From a candidate division FCPU426 bacterium (GTDB lineage Bacteria > Oederibacteriota > JAAXVQ01 > JAUVAV01), in assembly GCA_030637655.1 (NCBI GenBank), contig DAOWGI010000090.1:10637-74636 (forward strand): a DNA stretch of 64,000 nucleotides, written 5' to 3'. Both the position numbers and the translations under genes were made by a program. Below the pieces are notes generated by a model. That model searched no databases. It had not been told where the DNA came from and saw nothing but the letters and a program-made list of their open reading frames with translations. Of the stretch, positions 28,894 through 38,056 are shown piece by piece (positions within the stretch are counted from its first letter, which is position 1; each line of letters starts with the position of its first letter).

Positions 28894-29187
28894 CTACTGG
28901 AGTTCCCCCATCTCAAGGACGCCGCTCCCTTGAACTACCGGGACGTACGGACACCATACTTGATTTTTCCTAAATCGAATTAAGTATGGTGTCCCCGGAA
29001 CTCCCCCGGAACTCCCAGAGTAATATGCTTGCACGGTTGCCCATTTATACCCTGATTGTGTAAAAGACATTTTTGCCGTTTTATAATCATCCTCGGCGAT
29101 CTTGAGTTCTTTGGAAGCGAGCGTTTTCCCACGCGAAAACTCCATAATCTTGTTTTTGCTTATGCACTCTTTAAAGCCGGCATTCAT
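28894..29187 (-). pseudogene. HEPN domain protein truncated by a palindromic insertion
   Basis: HEPN-like N-terminus (ELKIAEDDYKTAK...YKWATVQAYYS), then repeat-derived GSSGGVPGTPYLI. Overlaps the upstream MNT gene. Confidence 0.75.
28897..29018. mobile_element. GGACACCATACTT(A/G)ATT-type palindromic element
   Basis: Inverted ggacaccatacttgatt / aattaagtatggtgtcc, with outer ggagttcc / ggaactcc. Confidence 0.7.
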
Positions 29188-29723
29188 TTATTCGCCTCCC
29201 AAAGCACCAGTCCGCGGGATAGCTCTTCAAAATATTCCCGGTCCTTTTTCTCCATCTCAACGAAAGCCAAAGGTGATTTAAAAACAAGCTGAACTTTTTT
29301 CTTCAGACCAATCCGTCCGGCGATTTTTCCAGCATCATCCAGGGCATTGCTTATTATTAGTAAATCAATATCACTAGCCGAGGTATCCTCGCCGCGCGCA
29401 CAACTTCCATATAGAATTATTTTTTCACAAACGGTTTTCAATTTGTTGACCAGCGGCTGGAGTATAAGCAGGTTTTGCATGACTTTTAATTGCTTGATCA
29501 ACGGCTGGTTGGTCGTTTTAACGGAATAAAGATAAATTTTCGCCTTTTTCTCGCGAATAATTAACTTCTCATCCGCCAGCTTCCTTAAAGTCGTGTTGAT
29601 TCCTGCTTTGCTGATTTTCGTACCCGCTTGTATTTCATTAGCTGTAAATTGTTTTATTGGTTCCCGGATTATAAAGTCCAATACCTTTTGCGGATTGGTC
29701 GCAACCACTATTTCGTTAAGCAT
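29184..29723 (-). CDS. wHTH plus minimal nucleotidyltransferase (MNT antitoxin-like)
   Basis: ILYGSCARGEDTSASDIDLLII motif and N-terminal HTH. Confidence 0.9.
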   Translation of the reverse strand: MLNEIVVATNPQKVLDFIIREPIKQFTANEIQAGTKISKAGINTTLRKLADEKLIIREKKAKIYLYSVKTTNQPLIKQLKVMQNLLILQPLVNKLKTVCEKIILYGSCARGEDTSASDIDLLIISNALDDAGKIAGRIGLKKKVQLVFKSPLAFVEMEKKDREYFEELSRGLVLWEANK

Positions 29724-29735
29724 GCATTCCCCGCC

Positions 29736-29812
29736 AGTCTAATATATTATACGTACATCTATTTATTTAGACGTATGTATAATATATTAGACTTAAATAA
29801 ATTTAGTGTCAA
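29736..29812 (-). promoter_or_regulatory. Promoter with a 58-bp palindromic operator upstream of MNT-HEPN
   Basis: TTGACA(29812-29807)-N17-TAATAT. 26-bp arms at 29736-29761 and 29768-29793 with 2 mismatches. Confidence 0.75.
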
Positions 29813-29939
29813 GCAGTTTAAAAATATCCGGGAGGACTTTCACTAAATGTCAACCAAATAGACCTGGCTCTTTTTCGTGGGCAGATTGCCGAGAGAGAGA
29901 GAGAAACGAAGTCCTACCCTGAGATGTGAATGGTTTTTA

Positions 29940-30689
29940 TCAATCGAATTTTTCCTGGTCTTCCGACGTGCCCGCCCCTCTGGAATCATAGTCATAAATT
30001 TCCAGACCAGCATAGTACCAGGGAAACATATCACGCCGCAGTTTGGCGCGCCAGGTTTTATTCTGTGATTTGCGCTTGAGGTTGTAAAAAACAATGCCTT
30101 CCGCGAAAATCATTTCTTTGGTTTCCGACTTTTTGGATAATTTGGTAAAAAAGCGGGAAAAAAGATGTTCTTTAAACCAATTGCTCCAATTTTCCAAGGT
30201 CCGGGCGTGTTCCTGAAAGGATCGATAGCAAAGGTCCGCGACGGCTTTTTCAAAAGGATACCATAGGTGGTTCGCCAGGCGATAGGGATTACCCTGGACC
30301 TTGGGGCCGATAAGTTCCCCGGCCTGTTCCCCGGTCTCCTGGACATAGCCTTTTTGGGCTGCTTGCCAGATCCCATCCAAAATATAAGTTTTTCCTTTGA
30401 TGATTTGAAGCGGATCAATTGGATTCAGGCGGTTTTGTAAAGCAATCAGCCGTCCCCTGTCGGTTTCAAGCTTGATGTTAGTTCCGTTCAGCTTTTCGAC
30501 GGCAAAGGTTTCCTCGTCTTCAAAAACCCATTCATAACCCGGATTGACTTGATTGACGACCAGGTAAACTTCAGGATGTTTTAAACTATATTTGCGCCCG
30601 ATGTCGGCATGCTGCGTTTGATTGACTTTGAATGTTTGCCGAATAAAAGGGCAATACAATTTCGGGAAATCTGTTAACCGGATAGTCAA
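29940..30689 (-). CDS. ATP-dependent RNA ligase-like protein
   Basis: Motif I-like AVEKLNGTN, plus GELIG, EGIVF and AKLR. TTG start with AGGAG RBS. Confidence 0.7.
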   Translation of the reverse strand: MTIRLTDFPKLYCPFIRQTFKVNQTQHADIGRKYSLKHPEVYLVVNQVNPGYEWVFEDEETFAVEKLNGTNIKLETDRGRLIALQNRLNPIDPLQIIKGKTYILDGIWQAAQKGYVQETGEQAGELIGPKVQGNPYRLANHLWYPFEKAVADLCYRSFQEHARTLENWSNWFKEHLFSRFFTKLSKKSETKEMIFAEGIVFYNLKRKSQNKTWRAKLRRDMFPWYYAGLEIYDYDSRGAGTSEDQEKFD

Positions 30690-30708
30690 CGGAAAAGGCT
30701 CCTAATTG

Positions 30709-30924
30709 GTAACATGTCAGTGAACTGCGGTTAAACAAAGGTTGTCATTCCCCGACCGGGAAAATATCGAAAAGGGACGCTAACGCAGCCCCGACCGGTA
30801 AAGATATATAGGGACGTCTTTCGACAGCCCGAAGGTTTAATCGGGAATCTGGTTTTTTAAACCGTATCCCCGATAAGAGCATTCGGGGATGACAAACAAA
30901 AAAAACGCTCCACTGACCTGTTAC
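30709..30924. mobile_element. MITE family 1, copy 2 (two nested inserts)
   Basis: gtaacatgtcag ... ctgacctgttac; body near-identical to copy 1. Confidence 0.85.
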
Positions 30925-30956
30925 ATCTCTCTTTTGATTTTATTGGATACGCTCTT

Positions 30957-31454
30957 TTAACGATAATTCACAAATTGCACATGTATGTTCAATTCAGCCT
31001 CCGGGATTTTTTGCTGGATCAATTGCAGATCATCCAACACCTTACCTGAGATGCGAACCTGATCTCCCTGAATCGCGGCCTGTACTTTAATTTTTAAATT
31101 TTTTACCAGCTTCACGATCTCGCGCGCTTTTTCAATCGGAATTCCGGTCTGGAGTTGATATACCTGCCTGGCACTCCCGCCGGAGGAAACTTCAATCTTA
31201 TCCCGGGTAATGGCGGCTAAAGGAATTTGCCGTTTGGCCATCCGCATTTCCAGAATATCGGCCAGTGATTTCAGACGAAACTCACTCTCTGCTGTAAGGG
31301 TTAAATTCATTTTATTCTGATCGAACTCAATATTTACGGTTGCGCCTTTAAAATCATACCGTTGACTGGTTTCACTCATGGTTTGTTGAACCGCATTCAC
31401 AACTTCTTGTTTGTCCAGCTTACATACCACATCAAAAGAGTGTTCTTTAGCCAT
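30957..31454 (-). CDS. yajQ: YajQ family nucleotide/c-di-GMP-binding protein
   Basis: SFDVV, RYDFKG, KVQAAIQGDQVRISGK and QFVNYR motifs. Confidence 0.93.
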   Translation of the reverse strand: MAKEHSFDVVCKLDKQEVVNAVQQTMSETSQRYDFKGATVNIEFDQNKMNLTLTAESEFRLKSLADILEMRMAKRQIPLAAITRDKIEVSSGGSARQVYQLQTGIPIEKAREIVKLVKNLKIKVQAAIQGDQVRISGKVLDDLQLIQQKIPEAELNIHVQFVNYR

Positions 31455-31471
31455 TTGCTTCTCCCCCAATT

Positions 31472-31547
31472 GTAGGGACGATCCTTGCTTGTACCCGTAT
31501 TTTGGGTATGATCGCCCGTTGAGGGCGAATACAAGATTCGCCCCTAC
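31472..31547. repeat. Intergenic GTAG REP doublet (REPIN-like) with nested 21-bp insert
   Basis: gtagggacgatc...gatcgccc followed by gggcgaat..attcgcccctac. Confidence 0.8.
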
Positions 31548-31553
31548 AAAAAA

Positions 31554-32363
31554 TTATTCAATTTCCATTTCCGGTTTCAAAATTGGTTCCGGTCTTTCAA
31601 ACACCACTTCTTTGCATACTTCGCCGACCTTGCCCAAGGGCGGCTGCAACGCACCATTAAAATAGACTTCAATCCCTCCGGCATTACCAGTCCACAGCAC
31701 AAAACGTTCCTGGGCTGACCACCTGCGCTCCTGACCGGGATTTAGCGTAATGTCCGGTTCCTGGCGGCCGTCAGCCATGATCGTGACCCAGGTTTTTTCT
31801 TTACCCCGGATTTCAAGCGTCATTGGCTCATTCGGTCCCGGCACACGCGCCCTATGGACATCTTCAAAACCCAGCGCCATGTTATCTGAGACCACCACTG
31901 CGTGACTGGTGACCGGTTCCTCCGGCGCATTGGGCCATAATAGGAATAACCCAGCGCCGGCACCTGCCAAAAGTAACATCACCAGCAACGGCACCCAGAC
32001 GCTCTGATTGTTTTTCTGTTCTTTCTCATTACTGCTCTCAACAGGTATTTCTTCTGCCGTCTGGTCATCCCGGGAACCACGGTATTGTCGGATCAGGCTT
32101 TCATCATCCAGCTCTAAATACTTGGCATATGCGCGCAAGAATCCTTGAATGTATGTCTCACACGGCATCGCGTCGTAACTGCCCTCTTCCAATGCTTCTA
32201 AATATTTTTTCCCTATCTTGGTGTGCTCGGACACCTCGACCAAGGAAATCCCTCTCGCTTTTCTCTGATTCCGAAGTTGTTCTCCAATACTAATTGTTGT
32301 TTCCTGTTTTTGATTGGTCATTGCTTGTTCCTCGCTATTGGTCGGTTGTGTTATTTCCGTCAT
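31554..32363 (-). CDS. RodZ-like protein (HTH, TM, DUF4115-like domain)
   Basis: IGEQLRNQR..YIQGFLRAYAKYLELD, a TM segment, and GNAGGIEVYFNG. Confidence 0.85.
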   Translation of the reverse strand: MTEITQPTNSEEQAMTNQKQETTISIGEQLRNQRKARGISLVEVSEHTKIGKKYLEALEEGSYDAMPCETYIQGFLRAYAKYLELDDESLIRQYRGSRDDQTAEEIPVESSNEKEQKNNQSVWVPLLVMLLLAGAGAGLFLLWPNAPEEPVTSHAVVVSDNMALGFEDVHRARVPGPNEPMTLEIRGKEKTWVTIMADGRQEPDITLNPGQERRWSAQERFVLWTGNAGGIEVYFNGALQPPLGKVGEVCKEVVFERPEPILKPEMEIE

Positions 32364-32415
32364 GGCTATTACTGCCTTTGCCGGTAATATGCATTATTTA
32401 CATATTTCAATTGTT

Positions 32416-32477
32416 GTAGGGAACGGTCGTCCGTCTTTGTCAAACAGACTGCGCCGGGACAGGCGACCGTTCCCTAC
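32416..32477. repeat. Intergenic GTAG REP with a loop insert of about 34 bp
   Basis: gtagggaacggtcg ... cgaccgttccctac. Confidence 0.8.
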
Positions 32478-32487
32478 GAACTAAACT

Positions 32488-33255
32488 TCAAAACATCTGT
32501 ATTACTTCTGCGTCTTTGGGCGGTTCAAACCGGAAGGTTGATGTTGGTACGCCTTTTTCCGGTTCCCGCACCAGTTCTTCCAGGGTATGAATTTCCACCT
32601 CGCTAAATTCAACCCGAACCTGCCGGACTGCCTGGACCACCACTCGCACAGGTAATAAATTTTTTCCTTGTACCCACAATTTCACTTGTGTAAATTCCAA
32701 CTGGGTACCGATATTGGGAACCAGGATATAGCCTGATACACCTGGCATGTTTTTTTCTACCGCAAACCGCTTTACTTCACACTGTTTGACCAAAGCCGGA
32801 AGGCCGCCGCCTAATTCCAGAAAAAAATCATTCGCATTACCAGCTGGAGGCAATGACTGGATCTGTACCTGGTTGATCTTTTCCAAATACAACCATCGCT
32901 TGTTCCCGTCTGAAACCAGACGCTGACGCTCTGGTTGTTCGTACTGTACTGCATACTGTCGGCCGGTAGTTAGCCACATTTTACCTTGCGCAGTAAAATC
33001 CTCACCATTCTTGCCGGCACCGGTAATAATGAGGGCAAATTTTGCGGTCAAATCACCAATTCCTTGTTGCGCTTCCATTAATTCCTTTCCAGCCGCACTT
33101 TGCTTTATAATGACCGGTTTGGCAGCAACCGGTTGTGCTGCCAATGACGTGGCGCTGGTAATAGGCGTGGAAGCCACAGTGGGCCGGCGTGCCGCGCTGG
33201 TAATCAATACCGCGCAGCAGAGTATGATAAGACCTAACATGGTATTTCGCATCAT
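32488..33255 (-). CDS. LolA-like outer membrane lipoprotein carrier
   Basis: Signal peptide; QRLVSDGNKRWLY and FRFEPPKDAEVI motifs; follows ftsK. Confidence 0.75.
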   Translation of the reverse strand: MMRNTMLGLIILCCAVLITSAARRPTVASTPITSATSLAAQPVAAKPVIIKQSAAGKELMEAQQGIGDLTAKFALIITGAGKNGEDFTAQGKMWLTTGRQYAVQYEQPERQRLVSDGNKRWLYLEKINQVQIQSLPPAGNANDFFLELGGGLPALVKQCEVKRFAVEKNMPGVSGYILVPNIGTQLEFTQVKLWVQGKNLLPVRVVVQAVRQVRVEFSEVEIHTLEELVREPEKGVPTSTFRFEPPKDAEVIQMF

Positions 33256-35723
33256 TTTTCCTCCTGCATTTCCCCGGCGCTAACACCTGCCTCTTCGGGT
33301 TCAACGAGTACCTGGCGCGGCTTGCTTCCCTCCGGAGGACCTACAATCCCTTTTTCCTCCATCAAATCCAAAATCCGGGCTGCCCGGGAATACCCAACCT
33401 TTAGACGCCGTTGCAGCATAGAAGTGCTCGCTTGTTTGGCTCGAATGACCCAACCAACAGCCTGTTCAAATAACTTGTCCTCATCGCCATTTACCTCTGC
33501 TGAAATTCCGGCAGCTTTAAGCTTTTCTCCGGAAAAAGAAGGATCAAATACCGGGGTCCCTTGCTTTTTCCAGAATTTTACAATACTGTCCACTTCTTTG
33601 GTAGTAATAAATACGCCCTGCACTCGAAGTGGCTTGGTGGCCGAAGCAGGAGCATAGAGCATGTCCCCGCGACCCAGCAGCGCGTCCGCTCCATTGGCAT
33701 CTAAAATGGTTCTCGAATCCACTTTGGAGGATACTTGAAAAGCAATGCGTGATGGAAAATTCGCTTTGATCACTCCAGTAATAACATCCACCGAAGGACG
33801 CTGGGTTGCCAATACCATATGTATTCCCACGCCGCGAGCCATTTGAGCCAATCGTGTAATGGTATTTTCCACCTCATTGGCCGAGACCATCATCATATCT
33901 GCCAATTCATCAATAAAAATCACGACCAGAGGCATATGTGGAGGAATATCATTTACCGCCAACAAAAGTTCTTTCTCGTTTTCCGCGGCTTCGGCCTCAG
34001 CCCGTAATTCATCGATACGCTCATTGTACGAGGCAATATTCCGCACTCCCATTTTTGCGAATTTATTATATCGTTCTTCCATCTCACGGACCATTAATTT
34101 CAAGGCCACCGCAGCTTCACGGCTGTCGGTAATCACCGGACTCTGCAAATGCGGAATCCCGTTGTACACGGTTAATTCCACCCGTTTGGGATCAATCATA
34201 AGAAATTTTACCTGATGCGGTGTCACGCGGTAAAGCAGACTGCTGATAATTGAATTGATACAGGCACTTTTTCCTGATCCGGTGGCACCGGCAATCAAGA
34301 GATGCGGCATATTCTCCAACTGTGCCAGAATATGCTCGCCCCCAATATCTTTGCCCACTGCAAAGGTCAATAAAGAATCAGCCTGCTGAAACGCTTCCTG
34401 GGCAATGAGCTCTTTTAACACCACAATCTGTTTTTCCTTATTCGGCATTTCAATACCCACCGCGCCTTTGCCCGGAATAGGCGCCTCAATGCGCACGTGC
34501 GCCGCTTTCATGGCCAGGGCAATGTCGTCTGCCAAAGAGAGAATGCTATTGACCTTTACCCCGGGCGACGGTTGTAATTCATACCGCGTCACCACTGGTC
34601 CTGGACAGACTTCCACCACTTTGGCAGCCACGCCAAATTGACCAAGCGCGTTTTCCAAGGTCTGGCTCATGTCCTCAAAATATTTTTTTGAAAGATTCGC
34701 CGGCACCTGGGGATCTGTCAAGAGATTTAAGCTCGGCAAAGTATACGAGCGTTGATCCCGCTCCGCAGTAGCCGAAGATTCCAAATCCGCTGTCGTGTCA
34801 CTATTAGAGTTCACGCTTAAGGCTGGTGGTTTCGCGCTCTCCGGCGTCCGGCTTTTTTCAGTGGTTGCGGCCATGGGGGGCATGGATATCGGAGGCGGAG
34901 TACTAATTTTTATTTTGGGACGTTCTTCCAGTGTATTGCCGGCCTGAGGAGTAACTACGGTTTTGTTATTTTTTCCGCTCAACGATGCCGTTTTCACCTC
35001 AGGTCGTTTGGCGGCATAATTAAAATTTATTGTTGACGCATTACAGGTTGAATGAATGGCATTTTGTATACGTTCCTTGATTCGTTTGATTAAGGCCGCC
35101 AGATAGGGTTCGACTTCCAGGAAATACAGAGAGATGATAAAAACCGTTCCACATACAATATACGTTCCAACCGTGGAAATGATGGTCACCAGCACAGCAG
35201 CCAGGGCATGCGCAATCAAGCCACCGGCCGGAATGCCCAGGGTTCCCCACAAGCGCAAGGATTTGGGAATTTGGGCCCAAAATTCGGAAGCACCTTGCCA
35301 GGAATAAAACGATTTCACCATTTGAAAAGCAATTGGTTCCGGATGAACCAACTCAATTAAAACAGTCAGGGTGATAAGCGCCAACACCAGACCCAGCATT
35401 TTAAACGGCCGACGTTCAATCTCGTGTCCGGCGAATTTTAGCCAGCCGTAAAAAATAGTGATGATCGGCAAAAAATAAACCAACACCCCCAGCACCGCAA
35501 ACCCGGTTCTGAAAAATATTTCACCAGCCGGACCCAGCGCATTGTTCTCTACCGAATGCGGCCAACACGCTACCAACATAAAAAGACTTAACGCCCACCA
35601 AGCGATCCCCTTGATCTCATTGCTTCGCCGACCGCTGAATATTTCCCACAAAGTCAAACCGTCTTTTTTGGAGCTGGTTTTACCACGCCCCTTTTTTCGT
35701 GCTTTCGCAAATAAAGTTACCAT
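33252..35723 (-). CDS. ftsK: DNA translocase FtsK
   Basis: 4TM N-terminus, MPHLLIAGATGSGKS, LATQRPSVDVITG, and gamma domain LQRRLKVGYSRAAR. Confidence 0.97.
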   Translation of the reverse strand: MVTLFAKARKKGRGKTSSKKDGLTLWEIFSGRRSNEIKGIAWWALSLFMLVACWPHSVENNALGPAGEIFFRTGFAVLGVLVYFLPIITIFYGWLKFAGHEIERRPFKMLGLVLALITLTVLIELVHPEPIAFQMVKSFYSWQGASEFWAQIPKSLRLWGTLGIPAGGLIAHALAAVLVTIISTVGTYIVCGTVFIISLYFLEVEPYLAALIKRIKERIQNAIHSTCNASTINFNYAAKRPEVKTASLSGKNNKTVVTPQAGNTLEERPKIKISTPPPISMPPMAATTEKSRTPESAKPPALSVNSNSDTTADLESSATAERDQRSYTLPSLNLLTDPQVPANLSKKYFEDMSQTLENALGQFGVAAKVVEVCPGPVVTRYELQPSPGVKVNSILSLADDIALAMKAAHVRIEAPIPGKGAVGIEMPNKEKQIVVLKELIAQEAFQQADSLLTFAVGKDIGGEHILAQLENMPHLLIAGATGSGKSACINSIISSLLYRVTPHQVKFLMIDPKRVELTVYNGIPHLQSPVITDSREAAVALKLMVREMEERYNKFAKMGVRNIASYNERIDELRAEAEAAENEKELLLAVNDIPPHMPLVVIFIDELADMMMVSANEVENTITRLAQMARGVGIHMVLATQRPSVDVITGVIKANFPSRIAFQVSSKVDSRTILDANGADALLGRGDMLYAPASATKPLRVQGVFITTKEVDSIVKFWKKQGTPVFDPSFSGEKLKAAGISAEVNGDEDKLFEQAVGWVIRAKQASTSMLQRRLKVGYSRAARILDLMEEKGIVGPPEGSKPRQVLVEPEEAGVSAGEMQEEK

Positions 35724-35756
35724 TCGTTTTTATTACTCCACACCTTTTTTTATACC

Positions 35757-37418
35757 CTATATTTCCATAACTACCGGAATAATCATGGGAAAACGCATCA
35801 AGGTTTTTTTAAAATACCGTTTGAGCGCCCTTCGAATCGTATCTTGCAAGACTGAAGCATCCGTGAGACCGACCAGCGTTTCATGCTCCAATACGGTTTT
35901 CAATTCCGCCACCGCGCCTTCAACCAAGCGGGTGGTTTTCGCGGCATCCGCAATGCCCCGCGCAATTAAATCCGGACCATTAACCACTTCACCGGTTTGT
36001 CGGTCCAGGCCCAAAATCGCGATCACCATGCCGTCTTGCGCCAGATGTTGCCGATCACGTAAAACCACATGTCCCACATCACCGACACCCTTGCCATCCA
36101 CCAGCACATTGCCGGCAACGACCTTGCCTATTTTCCGTAACCCCTGGGTTGTGAGTTCAAGCTGCTCGCCATTATGCAAAACAAAAACATTTTCTGCGGC
36201 CAGGCCCAGTTCTTTCGCCAGTTCAGCGTGACGCACCAGATGTCGGGTTTCACCATGAATCGGCATAAAATACCGGGGACGAACAATGTTGTGCAGCACT
36301 TTCAGTTCTTCCCGAGCAGCATGCCCTGAAACATGGATTTCACTCACACGTTCGTAATGCACATGGCAACCCAGCTGAAATAAATGATTGATCATATTTC
36401 CGATTCGCCGTTCATTCCCGGGAATGGTACGGGCTGAAATAATCACGGTATCTCCAGGTTGCAAACACAAATCCGCGTTTTCTGCTACTGCTGCCCGGGC
36501 CAAGGCGGACTTGGGTTCCCCTTGACTTCCGGTGGTCATCACCACTGTTTTTTCCGCCGGCAAGCGCGTCATATCGTTCCAGCGCAACCATAGATTCTCC
36601 GGAATTTTCAGATATTCCAATTCCCGGGCAGTGCGCATATTTTTTACCATACTCATGCCCACAACACCCAGTTTCCTGCCAAAGTGCGTTGTTGTATTCA
36701 CCACTTGTTGAAAGCGATGCACATTGCTGGAAAAACACGCAATCACCACACGGCCCTTGGCCTCGCGCATAATTTCTTCAAAAGCCACTCCCACTTCACG
36801 TTCTGAGAGTGTGTACCCTTCCCGTTCCACATTGGTTGAATCAGCCAACAAAAGATTCACACCCCGTTGACCCAATTCCCCAAACTTGCCTAAATCCGTA
36901 AGCTGACCATCCACCGGGGTAGGGTCCAGTTTGAAATCACCGGAGTGAACAATTAAACCGGCCGGCGTGGTTATCCCAAGTCCAATCCCATCCACAATGG
37001 AATGTGTAACCCGGATAAACTCGAGTTTAAAACAACCCATATCCAATGTTTCAGTGGCATTAATTTCATGCAACTCAGTCCGCGAAAGCAGATCATGCTC
37101 TTCCAGTTTATTCCGGACAATCCCCAAGGTCATTCGGGTTCCATAAATTGGCAAAGACAGCTGGCGCAAAATAAAGGGTAAGGCACCCACATGATCTTCA
37201 TGTCCGTGGGTCAGCACAATTCCCAGTATCCGTTCCCGGTTGTCCAGCAGATAGGTAATATCAGGAATGATAAAATCAATACCAGGTTGATCTTCGGTTG
37301 GAAAAGCCAAGCCGGCATCAATAACTATTATGTGACCTTCACATTCCAAGGCCAGCATATTTTTGCCAATTTCACCCAACCCACCCAAAGGTGTTAAGAT
37401 GCAACGTGTTTTTTTCAT
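35757..37418 (-). CDS. rnj: Ribonuclease J
   Basis: PLGGLGEIGKN, THGHEDH and HVSGHA motifs. Start may be 37418 or 37451. Confidence 0.95.
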   Translation of the reverse strand: MKKTRCILTPLGGLGEIGKNMLALECEGHIIVIDAGLAFPTEDQPGIDFIIPDITYLLDNRERILGIVLTHGHEDHVGALPFILRQLSLPIYGTRMTLGIVRNKLEEHDLLSRTELHEINATETLDMGCFKLEFIRVTHSIVDGIGLGITTPAGLIVHSGDFKLDPTPVDGQLTDLGKFGELGQRGVNLLLADSTNVEREGYTLSEREVGVAFEEIMREAKGRVVIACFSSNVHRFQQVVNTTTHFGRKLGVVGMSMVKNMRTARELEYLKIPENLWLRWNDMTRLPAEKTVVMTTGSQGEPKSALARAAVAENADLCLQPGDTVIISARTIPGNERRIGNMINHLFQLGCHVHYERVSEIHVSGHAAREELKVLHNIVRPRYFMPIHGETRHLVRHAELAKELGLAAENVFVLHNGEQLELTTQGLRKIGKVVAGNVLVDGKGVGDVGHVVLRDRQHLAQDGMVIAILGLDRQTGEVVNGPDLIARGIADAAKTTRLVEGAVAELKTVLEHETLVGLTDASVLQDTIRRALKRYFKKTLMRFPMIIPVVMEI

Positions 37419-37526
37419 ACCACCTGGACCATTTCTGCTTTTTTTGCCCAAAAACCAACAAAGGGATGATTTTTTGATATTATAACAAACCGCGGGTATC
37501 CCGCCAATGAAAAAACACGGTTACCC

Positions 37527-37665
37527 GTAATATGTCAGTCATGCGTTTTTTTGTTTGTCATCCCCGAATGCTCTTATCGGGGATACGGTTTAAAAAACCA
37601 GATTCCCGATTAAACCCTCGGGAATGACAATCTTTGTTTAACTGCGCAGTTTACTGACCTGTTAC
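37527..37665. mobile_element. MITE family 1, copy 3 (reverse, no nested insert)
   Basis: gtaatatgtcag ... ctgacctgttac; flanks ggttaccc / agttacct. Confidence 0.85.
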
Positions 37666-37729
37666 AGTTACCTTGGAATATAAAAACCCAGCATACTTAT
37701 TATATGCGGGTAGTATGGTATGGTAAAAT

Positions 37730-37769
37730 AAAACAACGTAGAGCGAATTCCGCCGCTCTACGTTGTTTT
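37730..37769 (-). terminator. Terminator-like hairpin after the microprotein gene
   Basis: aaaacaacgtagagcg / cgctctacgttgtttt stem with T-rich tails. Confidence 0.7.
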
Positions 37770-37796
37770 ATTGGAAATTTCTTGAGGTCAGAAAAG

Positions 37797-37865
37797 TTAT
37801 TTTTTCTTTTTCGCGACTTTCTTTTTCGCGACTTTCTTCTTTACCACTTTTTTCTTTGTCGCCAT
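37797..37865 (-). CDS. 22-aa Lys-rich microprotein MATKKKVVKKKVAKKKVAKKKK
   Basis: Intact ATG..TAA, purine-rich upstream region (GGGGG...GAGG), downstream hairpin, stand-alone intergenic position. Confidence 0.7.
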   Translation of the reverse strand: MATKKKVVKKKVAKKKVAKKKK

Positions 37866-38056
37866 TACCTCAATTTCCCCCTTTTCTAGATAATGTGTAC
37901 CTGCTGGTAGCAAGCACTAAATATTGTTACCAAAATATTTGCTTTTCGTCAATAAAATGAAGGACTTGATTTTACTGAATATTGCCAAAATTCGCTGTTT
38001 TTTCTTCATTATGTCTTTTTTCGGTGTTTTTTATCCATTTTCTAGCTATTTCTCGG

